Below, piece after piece: positions 38,295-40,589 of a stretch of DNA of 40,589 nt. Within the stretch, counting starts at the first letter, position 1. Each line of letters begins with the position of its first letter. Made by a program: the position numbers and the translations under genes. This DNA comes from Methanomassiliicoccaceae archaeon (lineage in GTDB: Archaea > Thermoplasmatota > Thermoplasmata > Methanomassiliicoccales > Methanomethylophilaceae), in assembly GCA_009786295.1 (NCBI GenBank), contig WQTN01000144.1, positions 1-40,589 of the forward strand, in the 5' to 3' direction. Under the pieces are notes generated by a model. That model made no database searches, was not told the origin of the DNA, and saw only the letters and a list, made by a program, of their open reading frames with translations.

Positions 38295-38861
38295 ATGAAG
38301 TACGCTCCAGAGCTAACCGTTGAAAAGGATGAGGATGTCTATCCTCCCTCGGACGACAGCTTTCTTCTGATAAGGTCGTTCGAGGTCCGCGCCGGCGAGA
38401 GGGTATTGGAAATAGGGTGCGGTTCCGGGATCGTCTCAATGCATTGCGCGCTTAACGGCGGGATCGTTGTATGCGGAGACATCAACAAGAAAGCTGTGGA
38501 GCTGACAAAAAAGAACATGGCCCTGAACTCATTGGATGCGGATGTCGTTGAGACGGACCTCTACTCCAATATAAGGGGAAAATTCGATACGATAATCTTC
38601 AACCTCCCGTATCTCCCGGTCAGCGAAGAAGGAGATCTGGCACTTGCGTGGTCCGGCGGGGAGGACGGTCTCGGGCCTCTTCCTGATCTTATCTCCGGCG
38701 CACATGGTCATCTTCTGCCCAGCGGCAGGCTGATCGTTGTTGTGTCATCCTTGATGGAACAGGATGCTCTGCGGTCTGTTCTTGAGGGGCTTACAGTAAA
38801 GGTCTTGTCCGAACTCCCTCTGTTCTTTGAGAGGCTCAGCGTACTTGAGATCAGCCTATGA
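38295..38861 (+). CDS. HemK2/MTQ2 family protein methyltransferase
   Basis: VYPPSDDS, LEIGCGSG, FNLPYLP, AWSGG. Confidence 0.92.
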   Translation: MKYAPELTVEKDEDVYPPSDDSFLLIRSFEVRAGERVLEIGCGSGIVSMHCALNGGIVVCGDINKKAVELTKKNMALNSLDADVVETDLYSNIRGKFDTIIFNLPYLPVSEEGDLALAWSGGEDGLGPLPDLISGAHGHLLPSGRLIVVVSSLMEQDALRSVLEGLTVKVLSELPLFFERLSVLEISL

Positions 38862-40589
38862 GTTTCTTTATCTCTTTTGCAAGTAGATCATTCGCCTGCT
38901 TTCCGTCGATCTTCCCTCTCAGCGCGCTCATCACCGGCCCCATTAATGGGCCTATGGCATCCAGCCCTTTGGACCTTACGAACTCCTCGCGCTCTTTTAC
39001 CAGTGCGGCAATGATCCCGACAGCCTCGTCGCTGTCGACAGACTCCATGCCCAATTTGGAGATCGCTCCTTCCGCGTCGGAGCCTTCGGCCATCTCTTTC
39101 AGCAGCGACGGCAGCGCCTCCTTCGAGAACCTGTTCTCTTTCAAAAGAGCGAACAGCTCTATTATCTTATCTTCATCGATCGAATCCGGACTTAGTCCTT
39201 CATGTTCCAGCTCTGTGTATGTGTTCGTTAGGGCGGTCGCCGCTGCGGCTGTCATTCTGGTTCTCTCGGATATCCTGACGAACAGTTCGTCACGGCTCTG
39301 TCTTACCAGCTGATTCGCCTGCTGCGCGTTTATGCCATATGAGGACACGAGTCTCTTCTCGATCTGCTCCGGGAACTCCGGCATGTTCTCCCTGATGTTG
39401 TTCAGTCTTTCTTCTGTCATCAGCATCGGCGGCACATCCGTCTCCGGGTACATCCTTGCCGCTCCCGGAAGAGGCCTCGAATATCTTGTGGTGCCGTCCG
39501 GCAGCGGGTCCCTTGTCTCCTCCGGCACGCCTTCGATTGCGGCGTTCGCCCTTCCCACTGCTATCCTCAGCGCGTCTGTCGCCTTCTTCTCCTTTGCGGC
39601 ACATATCACAAATGCGTCTTCTGACGACAGTCCCAGGTATGTTTTGAGAGAATCGACGAACTCCTTTTCTATTCCATAATTCGGAAGCTCGTCGGAGTGG
39701 AATATCCCTTTTACCCCCATGGTCCTGGCATACTGCGCCATTTCTGACCCCAGTCTCAATTTCCCGCCGTCGCCGTTCAATACTCCGGAAAAGCCGGGAA
39801 GTTTCACGGCAATCACTTTCCCTTTTTCTTCGAGCGCTCCTTTGATGACCTTCGATCCGCTCTTTGAGAACATTTCGGTCACATCGGCCGGAAGGAATTC
39901 TACCGGCTTTGCGCCTCTGCCGTTCAGGATGTCCTTTACCCTGATGAGCATCTTCTGCCTTTCCATCTCATTCCTTACGTAATCCGGAAGCAGCCTGAGC
40001 TCCTGAGCTCCTTTGATCTCCACCCTTGCCCCTCTCGGGATAGAGATGTTGACGTCTTCTCTGATGGTGCCTATGCCGCGCTTTACTCTCTTTGTCGCTC
40101 TCAGGATGGCTCCGATCCTGAGCGCCACTTCCATGACCTCTTCCGGCGTCTCCATGTCAGGCGCCGTTGCCACTTCTATGAGGGGGATCCCCAGTCTGTC
40201 CAAGCGGTACAGGACCTCATCTCCTGTGGACTCGACCCTCCTCGCGGAGTCCTCTTCCAAACAGACAGAGGATATGCCTATCCTCTTGCCTTTTACTTCC
40301 ACGGATCCGTCGATGGATATCAGGGCCGTCCTTTGATAGCCGGTGGTGTTCGAGCCGTCGATGGCTATCTTCCGCATGAAGTGTATCTCGTCTATCATCT
40401 GAGCATTGAGCATCATTGAAAAGGTAAGAGCAGTGTCCAAAGCATCCTTGTTCACAGCGTGCGGCGGCTCTTCATCAAGGTCCGCGAGGCATGTGCTGCC
40501 TTCGCAGCACTGGTACCTGAACCCTACGCCTTTCTTGAACTGTGCCACTGCCGCGCGATCCACTTCTCCCGCCTCTCCGGCGGTCGGCC
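38851..40589 (-). CDS. gatE: Glu-tRNA(Gln) amidotransferase subunit E (5' end off window)
   Basis: DEEPPH, MRKIAIDGSNTTGYQRT, DRLGIPLIE, RGIGTIREDVN, RPLPGAARMYPETD. Confidence 0.96.
   Translation of the reverse strand, partial: PTAGEAGEVDRAAVAQFKKGVGFRYQCCEGSTCLADLDEEPPHAVNKDALDTALTFSMMLNAQMIDEIHFMRKIAIDGSNTTGYQRTALISIDGSVEVKGKRIGISSVCLEEDSARRVESTGDEVLYRLDRLGIPLIEVATAPDMETPEEVMEVALRIGAILRATKRVKRGIGTIREDVNISIPRGARVEIKGAQELRLLPDYVRNEMERQKMLIRVKDILNGRGAKPVEFLPADVTEMFSKSGSKVIKGALEEKGKVIAVKLPGFSGVLNGDGGKLRLGSEMAQYARTMGVKGIFHSDELPNYGIEKEFVDSLKTYLGLSSEDAFVICAAKEKKATDALRIAVGRANAAIEGVPEETRDPLPDGTTRYSRPLPGAARMYPETDVPPMLMTEERLNNIRENMPEFPEQIEKRLVSSYGINAQQANQLVRQSRDELFVRISERTRMTAAAATALTNTYTELEHEGLSPDSIDEDKIIELFALLKENRFSKEALPSLLKEMAEGSDAEGAISKLGMESVDSDEAVGIIAALVKEREEFVRSKGLDAIGPLMGPVMSALRGKIDGKQANDLLAKEIKKLIG

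Overview
This is an archaeal chromosome segment, most consistent with Methanomassiliicoccales (Methanoplasma/Methanomethylophilus-like). The inference rests on fpoABC, methanogenesis marker 11, the AMP-pathway trio, GINS and gatE, and on the absence of TAG stops among the called genes. Housekeeping blocks are fpoA-B-C, proC, folD-kptA-mmp11-uppS-B12 radical SAM, R15P isomerase-RuBisCO-AMP phosphorylase-deacetylase, GINS, an Fe/B12-type ABC transporter, serB-like, hemK2 and gatE. The most interesting part is an AT-rich island behind a tRNA-Lys(CTT) gene (18530-24430). It has two tandem modules, each ending in a related ~150 bp repeat that finishes in a copy of the tRNA 3' end, and no integrase is recognisable. 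Module 1 carries an AAA+ ATPase split exactly at an in-frame A_AAA_AAG heptamer. Module 2 carries a decayed ydeI copy and a three-gene unit: a Panacea/SocA-like + UPF0175 HTH fusion, a PIN protein, and a convergent divergent TGT-like TIM barrel, which is a candidate undescribed TA/defence system. Further accessory features are a YqaJ nuclease, a Tag/EndoIII hybrid-like glycosylase with a nuclease-like neighbour, an AlbA_2-HATPase-wHTH gene with a 21-bp-phased upstream repeat array, a ~205 bp MITE-like element and two broken tandem paralogues. All family assignments come from motif recognition by eye; no searches were run.
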